DNA of 64,000 nucleotides, taken from contig JAUCBJ010001075.1 of NCBI GenBank assembly GCA_032718475.1, positions 1-64,000 of the forward strand, in the 5' to 3' direction. Below, one piece after another: positions 24,158-37,846 of this stretch. Made by a program: the position numbers and the translations under genes. The notes under the pieces were generated by a model. The model did no database searches and was not told the origin of the DNA. It saw only the letters and a program-made list of their open reading frames with translations. The stretch's first letter is position 1. Each line of letters opens with the position of its first letter. Source of the DNA: Nemertoderma westbladi. Taxonomy: Eukaryota > Animalia > Xenacoelomorpha.

Positions 24158-26400
24158 GTAGATAGATAGATAGATTTATTTATACATTATGTAAAAACAA
24201 TAACAAATACACCAAACAATGTACCGGTATAAAGGTATTGTCCAACATAACATATAGGATTACCCCTAAAGCTTTGCAGCTTATTTCCAAGGGGGTCCTT
24301 TATGTTACTTGGTTACAAATACAATATTACACTACGCTAACCTAAAACCAATATAAAACGTAATTACACTATGTACATGTACAACTTTACCGAGAGCGTG
24401 ACAATGTCCGACTCAACGATAAAGATGTAATGTACAGAACAATTTATTATAAAACGTAATTACAGTATAAATAGTAAATAATTAATAAACTAATAACTTA
24501 CTGTAGGACTATTGTACCTATTTTTACATTGCACACGGAGATGAGATTTAACTGCAGATTTAAAAGAATGTTGATTATTTAGGTTTTTAATTTCATTTGG
24601 CAGAGCGTTCCAATTTTTTATGCCGTTAAAAAAGAAAGTATCAGATTCAAAGGATTTACAATTCGGGAGGTAGAAGTTTGAAGCACTAGCTCTGGTACTG
24701 TAAGAGTGTGTATCGCGTACTCTGTTGAATTTTTGTTTTAGGTAATTGGGACATTTACCATTATACACTTTATGCACATGGTTAAGGCGTAGCTGCTTAA
24801 CTCTACTATCTAAGTTAAGTAGTCCAGATTCAGAAAAGTCATCTGGAGTTAGGTGGTGCCTAGGTTTGTAGTCTTTAATAAATCGTACTACTTTATTCTG
24901 AGCTACTTGTAATTTACATTTAAGCTGTTTGGTTAAGCCTTCATACCAAGAAGAGCACGCATAGTCCATGTGACACTGTATTAAAGAAGAGCAAAGTAAC
25001 TTGCGGGAGTCGGTGTTTAAACTATTTTTATTTCTGTATAGAAACCTAAGCCTACTGTTAACTTTCGAGAAAATATTTTTCACTGTACTTTCTCCTGATA
25101 AGCAGTTATCCAATGTGGCGCCTAAATATTTAACTTCCTTTTTATTTTCAATCTTATGTCCATTACTAGTGACTTCAAACTTAGTTACCTTCTTTAACTT
25201 TCTTTTGGAACCAAACAAAATACTTTCAGTTTTACCGTAGTGAATGGATAGCTTATTATCAACCAACCACTCATTACAGGATTCTAGAACTGCACTTAAC
25301 TTTTGGGAAATATGGATAGGATCTTTATGAGAGAAAATAAGAGCACTGTCATCGGCATATAAAATGAGTTTAAAATCGGGATCTATACTACTTATCATAT
25401 CATTTACATAGCATACAAAAAGCAGAGGACCTAATATACTACCTTGCGGTACACCACAGGTAATCTCTTGTACAGTAGACAGCGATTTGCTAATGACTAC
25501 AGTTTGACCTCTGTCTGACAGGTAGGACTTGAACCAGTCTATAGAACCTACACCCATCAGGCCTAACTTACCAAGCAGAATTTCGTGATCTACAGTATCG
25601 AAAGCCTTTTGTAGGTCCAACATCACCATACCAGTATATAAAAACCCTTTGCGTTATTATACATCTAATTGTATCAGTTAAGTTAATAAGGCAGGTGTCT
25701 GTAGAATATGATTTACGAAAACCGGACTGAAGTTCATAGATCAGATTTAGCCTACTAAGATGTGCCTCCAGCTGTAGAAAAACAGAACGTTCTAGAATTT
25801 TAGATACAATACTTAAGATACTAACAGGTCTGTAGTTACAGGGTTCTACTTTACTATTCTTTTTATACAGAGGAACAACCTTAGCTAATTTCAGTTCGTC
25901 TGGTACTACATTATCTACGATAGAGTAATTAATAATAAAAGTAATAGGCACTTTAAGTACTTCAGCACCATCCTTAAGAAAACGGGCAGGTATTAGATCT
26001 AGACCGGTACTTTTTGAGGCTGATAGGCTAAGTAGATTTTTAAAAACGAAATCCTCAGAAACGGGTTTTAAAAATAACTTTTCTGAATTTTGTAACTTTT
26101 CTAAATAAAAATTATTTAGAGTTTCGGACCCTATACTATATTTATTCCTTGATAACGGAAATTTCTTAACTAAATTAGAGGCAACATTAGTAAAATAATT
26201 ATTAAATAAATTACTAACTAGAGTATGATCATGAATCAGCTCACCGTTATCTTGCAGAACAATATTCGATTTAGATTTAAGGTTTTTATAACCTAAAGAT
26301 TTTAGGGTAGACCATAGACTTTTTGGATTATCTTTATTCTCACTTATTTTGTTGTACAAATATTCAGATTTCGCTTTTTTTATTTCCCGTTGGACAAGGT
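24158..26400 (-). mobile_element. 5'-truncated CR1-group (L2/Crack-like) LINE
   Basis: [42 protein letters not shown]; one frameshift near 25630; 3' UTR ending AATAAA plus (ATCT)n tail. Confidence 0.92.
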
Positions 26401-26509
26401 AGTGTTGTCTAGAGGAGGCTACGATACTTGAATACTTTTACAAAGATTTCAAGATTTTGGGGTCATTCAAGTATTAATTACCCTCATCAAAAATGAGGAT
26501 TTTATGCCC

Positions 26510-26656
26510 TCCCCCCACCCCCTGGTCATCATAGCTCAACTGCGACTGCGAACCCCCCCACCCCCTGGTCATCATAGCTCAACTGCGACTGCGAACCCCC
26601 CCACCCCCTGGTCATCATAGCTCAACTGCGACTGCGAACCCCCCCACCCCCTGGCC
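26510..26656 (+). repeat. 43-bp tandem repeat, ~3.4 copies
   Basis: CTGGTCATCATAGCTCAACTGCGACTGCGAACCCCCCCACCCC at 26522, 26565, 26608. Confidence 0.9.
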
Positions 26657-27205
26657 ATCAGAAAAAGGTTTTTTATTGGCATGGAATAGTGTGGAATACG
26701 TTCAGGGTAGGCCTATAATTCTACGGTTTTGGAGATTACATGAGTTGGAATTAGGTGTGAATAATCAGTGTGTTTTGTTTACATCGTGTAGACAGTAAAA
26801 TAGAGTTTTACTGTAGTGATTACTTCGAAGTTGTAGTGGCACTTAAATTTATTTAGGATAGAAATAGAACACTACGCACTACGAGCGTAGTGGCACTTCG
26901 CTGTAGCGAAGTGTAGTATGGCACTTCGCTGTAGCGAAGTGTAGTATTTAGTATACGCCCCACTGATACTCAATAATTTCGCAAATGGTTTATTTATATC
27001 AATTGAAAGAGAAGGATTCTTGTGCGTCTGTTTGACACTACAATTAATTAAATTCATGAAGAGGAAAACGTTTACAGTTTAAGTACAAAATGTTCCTACA
27101 TGCTTAAAAATAAGCCAAGTAAATAGTTGAAATTGGGACATTTACATACACAACACTATTGCAATCAAACAGGGAATAATATTTTACTAAAAAACTAAAG
27201 TAAAC

Positions 27206-27712
27206 TCAGGACTTTAAGTTACTGATTTTATTTCCCAGACGTTTTTTTCTCGTTTTATTTTTCTTCTTCTTAACCTTCGCTCGCGTTGTCGTCTCTATAT
27301 TTCTTCCGAAATATTCTCTTTCGAAAGAATTAAAATCCTCATCAGTAAACACTGACGTGGTGACGTCACTACCACCTAGTATCAACCGATCCTTCGATAA
27401 ACAGCTCCGATGGCATTCCAACACCTTATCCACGGAAACCGCGCTTCGAGTAATCTCGTCTAGTTTCGATTGACTTTTCAGTATTGAAATATTTCTATTC
27501 GTATAATCCGGTTTCAGATTCTTTTCAAATTTATCTAATGCGGATTGTAATTTAATATGTTTTAATCGTTGTTGTTTATCACTTTGATTATAATGTCGAG
27601 GACGTTTCCCAATTCCTTTCAGCCGCGAACTGGTACCGGTAGATACCCATACCGGTACCGGTATGGGTATAGTCTTACTCTTAGCCATAGTATGCTTAGT
27701 CTTCGATTCCAT
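27206..27712 (-). CDS. RPS19BP1: Active regulator of SIRT1 (AROS)-like small basic protein
   Basis: 168 aa Lys-rich ORF; DYTNRNISIL and SVFTDEDFNSFEREYFG resemble the conserved AROS C-terminal motif (VFTEEDF..F..EYFG); recognised from memory. Confidence 0.7.
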   Translation of the reverse strand: MESKTKHTMAKSKTIPIPVPVWVSTGTSSRLKGIGKRPRHYNQSDKQQRLKHIKLQSALDKFEKNLKPDYTNRNISILKSQSKLDEITRSAVSVDKVLECHRSCLSKDRLILGGSDVTTSVFTDEDFNSFEREYFGRNIETTTRAKVKKKKNKTRKKRLGNKISNLKS

Positions 27713-28598
27713 ATTATTTATAAATTAAGTAGGCCTATGTTATTTTTAATATATTTATTGATAAATTTATAAAGAATGGATAGGATAGCAATAATTCATT
27801 GACAGATTGATACCTCTGCCAAAAACAGTGGCAGAGTCCAGAGTGGGATATAATTGTTGTTATTGCATATTGCTGTATTGTTAGGCCTAATGCAGTAATA
27901 ATAAAATAATGTCTTTCAGGCGGTATGCTACAGTAAATTACCCTACTGAAATAGTAACACACGGTCACACAGAAAGCACCTACAGACCTACCCAGCTACC
28001 CCCTGACCCCTGCTGCCCTGTACCCTACAGTCACTAACGTCTCACTGTAGACAGGTAGACATTCCACATTCAGGGGTTCTCGGACCTCGTTCAGTCGCTG
28101 GCTCGATGCCTCGGGAACTAACGACACGGTCTCGCCCTCGCTGGCTATAATTACTGTACTTTGGGTGTTTGGGGGCCGGACCGTCTTTTTATATAGGCCT
28201 ATAGGCCTACCGGTACAGTATACTAGTATACTACTGTACTACGTACAGACGTACTAGTATACTACAGTACTAGTATACTATATAGGCCTACTGGTATATA
28301 ATAACTATATATACCAATTGAGGGAAAGGAACAGGTTACCGAGGCAGGGTTCTCTAACCAAAACAATAAACAAACACTTTACCAATTGAGGGAAACCGTG
28401 GCCATCAGGTCATTCTGTCATTGGTCAGTCGGTCAGCAGTCAAGTCACATGGTCAGACAATCAGTAGTCACTCTATAACCACCATAACTGTATAACCAAA
28501 AACCACACAGTCAGGTCACATAGCAATTATAAACTACTGAACTCTGGAACAAATTAGTCTGTTTAGATAGATAAATAGATTTATAAGCCTCTACATTA

Positions 28599-28850
28599 GG
28601 GTAAATATTTTCGACCTACGCCTAGCTACGCGTAGTTCAACACATTGGGTCATATATCAATAGTTGTAGAGTTTTAACATTAACTACGCGTAGTTCTAAA
28701 GCAGCCTACGCGTAGGTCTAACGCAAACTACGCGTAGGTCTAACGCAAACTACGCATAGGTCATACGCAAACTACGCGTAGGTCTGTAGGTGCTAGGCAA
28801 ACTAAGCGCAAGTGCTACTCATACAGTATATCTACGCGTATACAACGTTT
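28599..28850 (-). mobile_element. One-ended copy of the CTACGCGTAG-rich TIR element
   Basis: Reverse complement of 36650-36754 (GGGTAAAT..TTTCGACCTACGC...). Confidence 0.75.
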
Positions 28851-28929
28851 ATCATTAATACATATTCCAAGCGGTTCAGTATCAGTACTACAGTAAAATA
28901 AGTCTCCAGCAGAATTGTTCTTTTCATTA

Positions 28930-29642
28930 ACTCGAAAAAGACCAAAATTTTGAGAGTTAACTTTGAAAGTCGTCACCAAGTATCTGACCGGATGAGCATA
29001 TAAGCTCAAATGATGGCATGGTTGTGCATGTGGACGACTTCTGTTACCTGGAATCATGGATCCGGAAGTCAGGTGAGGACCTTCGAATACGCAAGGGAAA
29101 GCATGGGCAGCCTTGAACGGGCTTTCCAGGATTTGGAAGTCATATAGAATTCATCGGAAACTTAAGGTCCGATTATTTAGAGCAGCAGTAGTTCCAGTAC
29201 TCCTCTATGGGAGTCCATGCAGGGCTCTAACTGTTGAGGACACCAAATCTCTGGATGGCACATTCACAAGAATGCTACGCCGGGTCCACTGTGTCAAGTA
29301 CAAAGCACACATCTCTAACCAGACACTATATAACATTGGAGGGGTCACATTGGTTCCCCCGAGCTTGACACTAGAACAAAGCCGCCTCCGCTTTGCATGA
29401 CATTGCTTTCGCCGTGAGGACCAGCCAGTGCATAATCTTATGCTTTGGCGGCCTCATGGAGTGAATAAGCATGATGGACAGCCCATGACTTTCTTGAGAC
29501 GCATCTTAAAGGACCTGGCCTTGAAGATGCGGATGATCTAGCAAATGTCATGGGTGATAGGGTCGGCAAGTCGGCACAGCATTTTTAATACAGTATATAT
29601 GTAATAATGCAGATGCAATGCAGTATGCCGATCGTAGTAGTA
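28930..29642 (+). mobile_element. RTE family A 3' fragment
   Basis: Matches 60075-60790; ends in (TAG)n tail. Confidence 0.9.
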
Positions 29643-31211
29643 TAATAAGTCAATATGTTCAATAGAGCACATGTAGTGTTAGTGTACACCCATCAATAAT
29701 GCTTTAAACAGAAAATTTCCACTTACTGTACCTGTATACTCCCTGCAGTAGTATGCGCTACCGGTACTACATATTCTTCACTTCATGTTTATCGCCTCGC
29801 CACTATACGGCCTCCCCCATTATTGCTTTCCATCCAGCCTCCCCCATTATTGCTTTCGTCATATTTCCATATCCTGCCAGCCCATTATTACATTCCATGG
29901 CATTTACAGTACCTACTCTCACTCTCGTTCACCGCAAATTAATTATCCTTGCTTGATAAGCTTGCTGGAAACTGAGTTCATTGTACGCGCTTTTGAAGAC
30001 CTTTAGCAGTTTAACCTGCCAAAATTTATATGTCTTTGGTTTATAAATAGACTTTAGAAGATGACAAATATTTAATACCAATAAACACAACATTAGCAGA
30101 AGCCAGCCTAGTGCGCGTCCATTCACCCGCTGGATATACCCGGGAGACTGGATTCTGAGGGCTTAGATTATTATTGCAGTGTAAGCTTACTGTACTGTAT
30201 TATTCGATTGATCGTTAATAAATAATTTCTGACTAATATTATTCACTTTCGGGAAATATTAACAGTTCCTTTAAGACGTGGCGCTCTATCTAGGTAAACA
30301 GAGATATGACTTATACTAATCACAACGGTAAGTCGGTAAGGCTTATGATTCACGTATGAGGCGCATTCTTTAGGAAATGCTTAGTTATCAGTCACAATCA
30401 TGCACACTACCGATAACACACAATACTGCTCACTAATTTGCCGACCGTCAATGAATTTTATCATATATAAAGAGAACAGCAATGGACTCTTGTAGTGCTT
30501 ATCAAATAGCATTAAATTCACTACAAACCACAATAATATAAGTCGCAATCGCTATATATAACCCTTCTCTCTAACCTGTAGTGTATCAAGAAAATTGGGA
30601 AATTTGGGTTCTTTATAAATGTTCTCCAAATAATAATATTCAACCAAAACACAACAGTAAATAGCATTAAGACGGTAGGTTAAGATGGTAACACCGTTTG
30701 ACTGGACCGATAACAGTTATACGCTCTATAATCTTAAGCCTACTAATGTTTCTTCTAAAGTCTGAAACGAATTGACTCTAGAGCCGGTGTTCCTGGCCTA
30801 GATAGAAGGAACACAACAGTATCAAGAAAAAACAGCTACTGTCCCTAACACCGTTGCAGGTATCTTTTACACAGAGAGGAATAGCTCTCATTGGCAGAAC
30901 ACCAGATTCCACAAGTTCCACGAATATCTAAATGCCGAACTATCAGGAATTTTGCAACCCTTGGCCAACACACAAAATGAGTCACTCCGCTCGGTTGTCC
31001 TGGTTGCATACTCTGCTGCTATAGCTCTGGTTGGCCGATAGAACATAGTAAAAAGCCCCTCGTATAACAAATCAGCCAATCAGCTGGTCGCTTTGCATCA
31101 TTCGAGTTAGAGAGCTTTTTAGAGTATTCCAGCGCCTGGGGGGAAACTGGATTGCAAAGCAAAAGGGCCAGTTATATCCCACAGAAGCTTTTACATTCAT
31201 TGTTTATGCTC

Positions 31212-31243
<32 letters not shown>

Positions 31244-31323
31244 TGTGGGGGGGGGCTCCGATTTGCTAAAAATGCTTGTTGTATTAATGGAGATGGATGG
31301 TGTATACCAGTGACACTGATTTA

Positions 31324-31966
31324 CACCATGTCCTGGAAAATAGTGTCGTAATTGACCCCCTCAGAATTTTTCTACAAATCTTAATGAGATTTAAAATTTG
31401 AATTGAAACTGAAATTTGAAACAGCGAGTTATTTTCAAATCCCTCCTCAGTTACTGGGTGAGCCATAACGTGTATTTTTGCTTTCACTTCTTTATAGCTA
31501 CAAACGTTTTTTATTCTATTTAATAAATACACCATAATCTGGAATATTTTGTTTATCTCATATGGTACATAGCTGGGCAACAATTCAATACCTCTACTAC
31601 TGTAGTACGTTGGGCCTAGATATTCGTACACGCACAAAACATTCCAAAATAAAGTGCCAGAGACTAAGAGCTAAAGACAAAAATGCAGTACGACTGGTGC
31701 AACTTTTTTTCAAACGCTAGTAGCTAAACAACGAAAGCAAAAATACAAATTCTGGTTCACCCAAGGAGGAGGCATGTGAAAATACTATTTATAATATACT
31801 GTAATATTCATATTACATTACATACCATTCATACTGTATACATACCATACTATACACACACTATATAATATTCATGAAATTTCAATTCAATGAAATTTCT
31901 AGAAATATTCTGGGGAGGGAGGGGTCCATGTCACTGAATTGCGACACTATATTCCAGGACATGGTG
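31324..31966. mobile_element. Tc1/mariner-type MITE
   Basis: TA|CACCATGTCCTGGAA ... TTCCAGGACATGGTG|TA. Confidence 0.75.
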
Positions 31967-32872
31967 TAATACAGTAGACATATCAACCAATTAAGGATAT
32001 TAATGAACGAACAATAATTGCACAAACATAATATGCCAATTAAGATCTCATTAAGAGCACAGACACCGTCGTTATCTATACTGGGTCGCGTCTGGTCCCA
32101 CGAGACTGAGGCAGAAAGGTCGCCGCTTTAGGTCCCACAGCCACCGCGAAATGTCGCAAGTGCATTATCGGTCCCAGGAGATACAGTAAGGGTGGGGGGT
32201 AACCAAACCAACTTAGTAGTTCCCAAAACAGACCCGTTATACTGTACTGTGTCATGAACTATTTTATAATTAAATAACAATAAATTAATTAATAACACCA
32301 ACAATCAAACTGCTAACCCAATTGTATTTCGTGAAAGATCTTACGTAACATTTAGTGGAATTTTATTAAATTTCCGAGCACTTACGAAAAATCCGTCACA
32401 ATTAAAATAAATTATATTGTGATCATTAATAAAACACGAAGTGGGGCCTTCGCGCAGCACATGACATAAACTTATATCAAGTGTCAACTCGTAAGAATTA
32501 TAAGCAAAATATAAGCAGATGTCACTTCACCATCTTGCGGCCCTCTAGAGCGGCAGACTGGCGAACTGTGGACTGATCACCTTCTTTATAAACCCAACAT
32601 GTGGGATAGTACCGGTACATATATGCAAAGATTCAGCTTAAACGAAATAAAACCACGGAATTGGGAAAAGGATTTCACTTTCAGATATTTCGCCCTCTAG
32701 CGGCAGACTGGAGAGCTGCTAGTTATTAACATGTCAAAACGGTAAGAACGACGACATCAATTTGCCATTATTGACCAACCCCCAAACAGTGTCAGTTCGC
32801 TATGGCTCCTCCAACTTCGTGGCTCTCCCCACAATATAATTACAAGGTAGGCCTAAACAACATTGCGTGGAA

Positions 32873-33061
32873 CTATTTATTTCGTTTTAACGTCCTTTGT
32901 TTCTCTCCGTGCTCCACTAGTTTTTCTTCCACAGACAGACCTTTCCTTCGTCTCACTGAGTCCCGATATCTTGCTGCCTGGTTCTCACTGTCTGCCTTCT
33001 CTCCGAAGTGCCGCAGTTCCTCGTCTGTTGTAGGCACCCAGTACGGGTCACTCTCTATGGT
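32873..33061 (-). CDS. EFL1: EFL1 last coding exon
   Basis: cag|[62 protein letters not shown]. Confidence 0.95.
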   Translation of the reverse strand, partial: TIESDPYWVPTTDEELRHFGEKADSENQAARYRDSVRRRKGLSVEEKLVEHGEKQRTLKRNK

Positions 33062-33495
33062 CTGAAGAAAAAAGTATTATTATTAATTACGGTATTTGAA
33101 GCGAATCAGTGGTTTCACATTGCAACTTTCGTTGGGCACAGTTGATCAAATACGAATGTTTGTACATTGGGGTTGATTATTATAGTCGCTGTAGATGATT
33201 GGTATTGGGCATTTAGAAGGCGATGAGGACGTAAATGGCAGGCATACAACGTAATAGGTCCGTCCACATTTTATGTGAGAAATTGTTAGAACGCCAGACT
33301 TCGGACAACCCGGAGGTCACCAAACACCCACTACTTTCCTTTCCCTTTCCTTTCTTAATGTTACGTCGTACTATTGCCAAAATGCGACTGCTCGCAGAAA
33401 ATAATGTGTTACATATTAGACACATCAAAAACTAATAATTAGCTTACCTCCCGCACCCTGATTCTCGTGTTGTTATGTAAATGCAGCTTACTTAC

Positions 33496-33680
33496 CTCCC
33501 AATGCGTAAATTCAAGTTGAGGATTTGCTAATCCACTAGTCCGTTTTCTTATTTCGTCAGCGAAACCTAAACTTTCTGCAACGGGTAAGATTGCAGAGAT
33601 ATTGAAAATAGAAGACCCATCCAGCATCGTGTCGCTAAGGATACGCCCTTGGCGCTTGTTCAATACAGCGTAGAGTTTAC
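33496..33680 (-). CDS. EFL1: EFL1 exon
   Basis: [44 protein letters not shown]; tag/gtaagt boundaries, phases consistent. Confidence 0.95.
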
Positions 33681-34052
33681 CTAAAGATAATGTAAGCATG
33701 TACCAATGTTACGAATGGAAAAAAATGTAGACTTTAGTTTTAGAGAAAAACATACGCATTGGACTCTAGGCCTAATGATTAATTAAAATATACAAACTGA
33801 TTAGGGAAAAAAATAGGGGAGATATTTACCCGCATCCAATCTGCGCCCGCTAATTACAAATTAATGGAGCAGGTTATCAGTGGCATGAAAAACAATAAAC
33901 AGGTTACAGTTTCATAATCAGCTACACAAGAACTTAATTAAGTTGTAATTATTTATCGGGCGGAGATTGGACGATGGAGAGGAAGTTTCCACTAAAATGC
34001 CGTCACATTTATAAACGGATTATTTCTGAATTTCTACCAAAGCGAGACTCAC

Positions 34053-34221
34053 CCAAAACATCCGCGGTAGCTTGAATGTTACAAGTGTACATTGCTGCGA
34101 CTAGTCGCAGCGGTTGAGCTTGCATACATCTACGACAACATTCCTTTACTGTTGATATAAGTTGCCCTGACAACATACCCAAATCAACATGAGTTGAGAT
34201 TTTCTCGGTTTTATTATTGTC
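34053..34221 (-). CDS. EFL1: EFL1 exon
   Basis: [43 protein letters not shown]; tag/gtgagt boundaries. Confidence 0.93.
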
Positions 34222-34311
34222 CTAGAAACACAATAAAAACAAACAAACTGTGTAGGAAATAAATACCGTAGAAACATGAAAAACTTCATCAGTAAAACTG
34301 AAAGTAATATA

Positions 34312-34556
34312 TCTTATCGTTGAGTCGGAGTATTGCCTCGCTCTCCGTAAAGTTGTACGAGTTTCATTACATTTTATATTGGTTTTAGGTTAGCGTAGTG
34401 AAATATTGTATTTGTAACCAAGTAACACAAAGGGACCCCCTTGGAAATAAGCTGCAAAGCTTTAGGGGTAATCCTATATGTTATGTTGAGCAATACCTTT
34501 ATATATTGTTTGGTGTATTTGTTATTGTTTTTAAATAGTGTATAAATAAATCTATC
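34312..34556 (+). mobile_element. 3' UTR fragment of the CR1-group LINE
   Basis: Reverse complement of ~24170-24425, ending ataaataaatctatct. Confidence 0.85.
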
Positions 34557-34948
34557 TTGCCATCTCAGCGATAACGAGCAGTTACTGATTGGTTGGTTAC
34601 ATGGATGGCAGTGAGTGGCCGCCTAACTACGTAGTGTGGTATAGCACCGAATCGAAGCTCACTCAGGCAGGGCGCTGTTCGATTTTGTAATAATATTCGC
34701 AATATATTGCCCCCCCCCCCCCCCCCCCCCCCCTATTTGGAAAACGGGCATCCTCATAAGTTTTGACTCGCCACACACTGACACAGTCCAATCATGAATT
34801 ACTGTAACTACTGTAGTGGTGAAAAATGGAAGGTACTTAAAGAGCAACACGACCGAACACAGTCGAACACACTCCAAAAACTGCCGAACACAATCGAACA
34901 CAGTCGAAAATAGAAAGAGCGCAAAAAATTACACAGGGTACCAACTTT

Positions 34949-35409
34949 TAGATAAAATAATCCACGCGTTGCTTTTCTATAAGTCAATTCCCGAAATTAT
35001 TGAATAAAATTGTCGCGAAATTAGATATTCATGTACCGGTAGCTACAGTATGTTGTACCGATACAGTACGTCATGTATGTACGGTAACTGGTGGTAGGCC
35101 TAACTTCCTAATTCAATCTTCAGCAATCAGTCCCAGCTCACTGCGCTGTTCCAGTACACAGTCAGTTACACGGGTTAGCTAAACCGCTCTTACTATATTT
35201 ATGTGACAGGTACGGTACCCGGTAGGCTTCCCTACATAGTTTGTTGTACAGTACAACAGAACACAACAAATTAAGAATTTTTTGTTTCCAACCTACAGGT
35301 AGGCGACAAGCTGAACTGATAAGAAATGAATATTTAATTTCGCTACGATTTTATTGCATAATTTCGGGAATTTACTTATAGAAAAGCAACGCGTGGCTAA
35401 TTTTATCTA
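34949..35409. mobile_element. MITE-like inverted repeat
   Basis: ~85 bp imperfect inverted arms (ccacgcgttgcttttctataagt / acttatagaaaagcaacgcgtgg). Confidence 0.7.
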
Positions 35410-35652
35410 TTTCATATTTAATCTATTTTTAGTGGATTTGCGATGTTTTTTAGTGATACTACAGTCAGTATAAATGAATTACTGCATTTGTTGTATTTTT
35501 TAACGATTTTGGCATTAAATTTATTGAAAAACTCATTATTTTTTAGTGCGATATATGATAATTTCATTATTTTTAGTGAGTCGAGAAATAGTTGTAACTC
35601 TGTCAGTCTGTAACTGTAACTCTCGTAAACAATTGTAAATCTGTCAATTTTG

Positions 35653-36754
35653 GGGTAAATCTTTTCGACCTACGCGTAGGCCTACGCGTAGCTACGCGTA
35701 GTTTGTAACTTCCATTCCTGTCATTTACCGGTAGGGCCAGACTTACTGCCTTTTTAACAACTACGCGTAGGTGTTTTAAAACTACGCGTAGTTATTTTGG
35801 AACTACGCGTAGGTATTTTGAAACTACGCGTAGGTGCTACGCGTAGCAGTCCTGATAACAATGATTTTTCATTTCAGGTCCGGTAGGGTTGAGTTGTTAG
35901 GCAAGTATCGGTATATGCCAGGTATCTGATTATCAGATAAATGTAATAACAGAATCGGAAACTCATATCTCTACATACAGCACTGGTAATAAATAATATT
36001 CGGCTCTTTCACATACAAACACAGAGGATGAATAAAAAGTAAACTTAAAATTCACGTCTCATGATTCAAGTATCTTTGTTTCCATTGGATTATTTAAATA
36101 TTGAACAGTAGTAAATAAAGCGACCAGTCTACCGGTGAAGAGGTTAAGCGAAAGCTGATAAATACTGCATATAATCAAATTGTTTGGTCAAATAACAAGT
36201 GCAACCAATCATGGTAGACAATTTAGTCTCCCCCTTCCCTTGTCAAGGGGTTAACATATTAAATACAGTATATCCTTGCCCTATCGTGAACAAAGGCAAT
36301 AAAAAGCATAGAGAATCGATAAGAACCATCGGCCTATTTCCTTTGTAAACTATTTTTGAACTCTAAACATTAATTATTAACACATTTTACCGCCCGCAAC
36401 GCATGAAGTGAAGAATATGTAGTCTTCGCGTATTCCTCTATATAGAGTATACAGGTATAGGATACATTACTGTTGAAAGCATTTGATGGTTGTGGGTTGT
36501 TTATTGAACATACCGTATTGTGTCTTATTTTAGTACTGACTCGCTTGGAATACGTAAGCCTACTAATGATAAACGACGTATAGGCATAGTTATGGGTAGC
36601 ACCTATGCGTAGGTCGCGTAGGACCTACGCGTAGCTACGCGTAGCACCTACGCGTAGTTATTGTTAAAACTCTGAAACTGGTGATATATGACCCAATGTT
36701 GCGAACTACGCGTAGCTACGCGTAGGCCTACGCGTAGGTCGAAAAGATTTACCC
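35653..36754. mobile_element. 1.1 kb non-autonomous TIR element rich in CTACGCGTAG palindromes
   Basis: ~50 bp perfect TIRs GGGTAAATCTTTTCGACCTACGCGTAGGCC...; flanks caattttg / aaattttg (8-bp TSD, 1 mismatch). Confidence 0.85.
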
Positions 36755-37846
36755 AAATTTTGTCTATGTGATGCCGTATCACTGTATCACACAGTCACAG
36801 GATTACCACATAGCTCGCGTTCTTGTACATTCTGGCTCCAGTCTTCTACTGTTCTATCTAGCGCAGTATCTACTATGACTGTATGAGACTATATAATATA
36901 CCGGTCAGCCGGTACCTGTATACTGTTACAGTGTTAGTTAGTTGTAGGTACTGGCTCAGGACTGCACAGCACATCACACAGATTTACACGGTCTTACAGT
37001 CTGACGGTTGCAGATTATAGGATTAATATTACAGCTACAGTACAGTACAGCAGTAGTATACCGGTCCCGGTCCGGGGAAAAGTGAACACTATTCAAAATT
37101 TTAACTTATTAACAGTAGTATTACTGTATTACCGTACAGCCGCACCTCGCAGGCTACAGTCTGACAGTAGGCCTATACGGTACCGGTAGCTGGACTGTCA
37201 GTCGGGCACTTTGAGAAAAACTTTAGGGTATTTATATTATCTAAACAGCACGGTGAAAAAAATTTCCGCACGGTCAAAAGTTTCTGATTTACTTATACTT
37301 TCTGACTTTCGATTTTTATATTTAAAAAACACGTCTGGAAATATTTTAACACGTCAGGCTGTCAGGTAAAAAAATGTCAATATTGACATGTCCATCAGTC
37401 CATGCAGCCATGTCAATTTTGAGATGCCCCATCCTGGTGCCTGGTGAAACTAGCTCTAGCCCCATCCTGCCATCCTGGTGAAACTAGCTCTACCTACATG
37501 CAGACATGTCAATATTGACACATGTCTGCATGTCAATATTGACAAAGTGCCCGACTGACTGTGCAGCTGCTGAGCTGTGAGCTGGTGAGCGTGAGGTAAG
37601 CCAGTGAGCGTGACAGCGTGAGGAGGTCTGGAGGTGAGACAGAGAGACAATCTTAATCTAACAATCTAAAACACAGGTTATGTTAGGCCTATACTGTTAG
37701 CCTATCCCTATACCAGTATACAGTTATCTGGTTATAGGCCTACTCGTCTGCTCGTACTGTACCTAATAGAATAAGAACCAGGGAACGTATTATCCAATAA
37801 ACTGCCAATTGTTTTACCGGTACGCTATCTTTTGAAAGACTGAAAG

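Larger units (their letters stand above)
23948..26960. mobile_element. TIR element enclosing a LINE insertion
   Basis: GGCGTATACTAAATA at 23948 and TATTTAGTATACGCC at ~26945-26959; shared subterminal CACTTCG/CGAAGTG/CACTAC motifs; no clear TSD. Confidence 0.6.
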
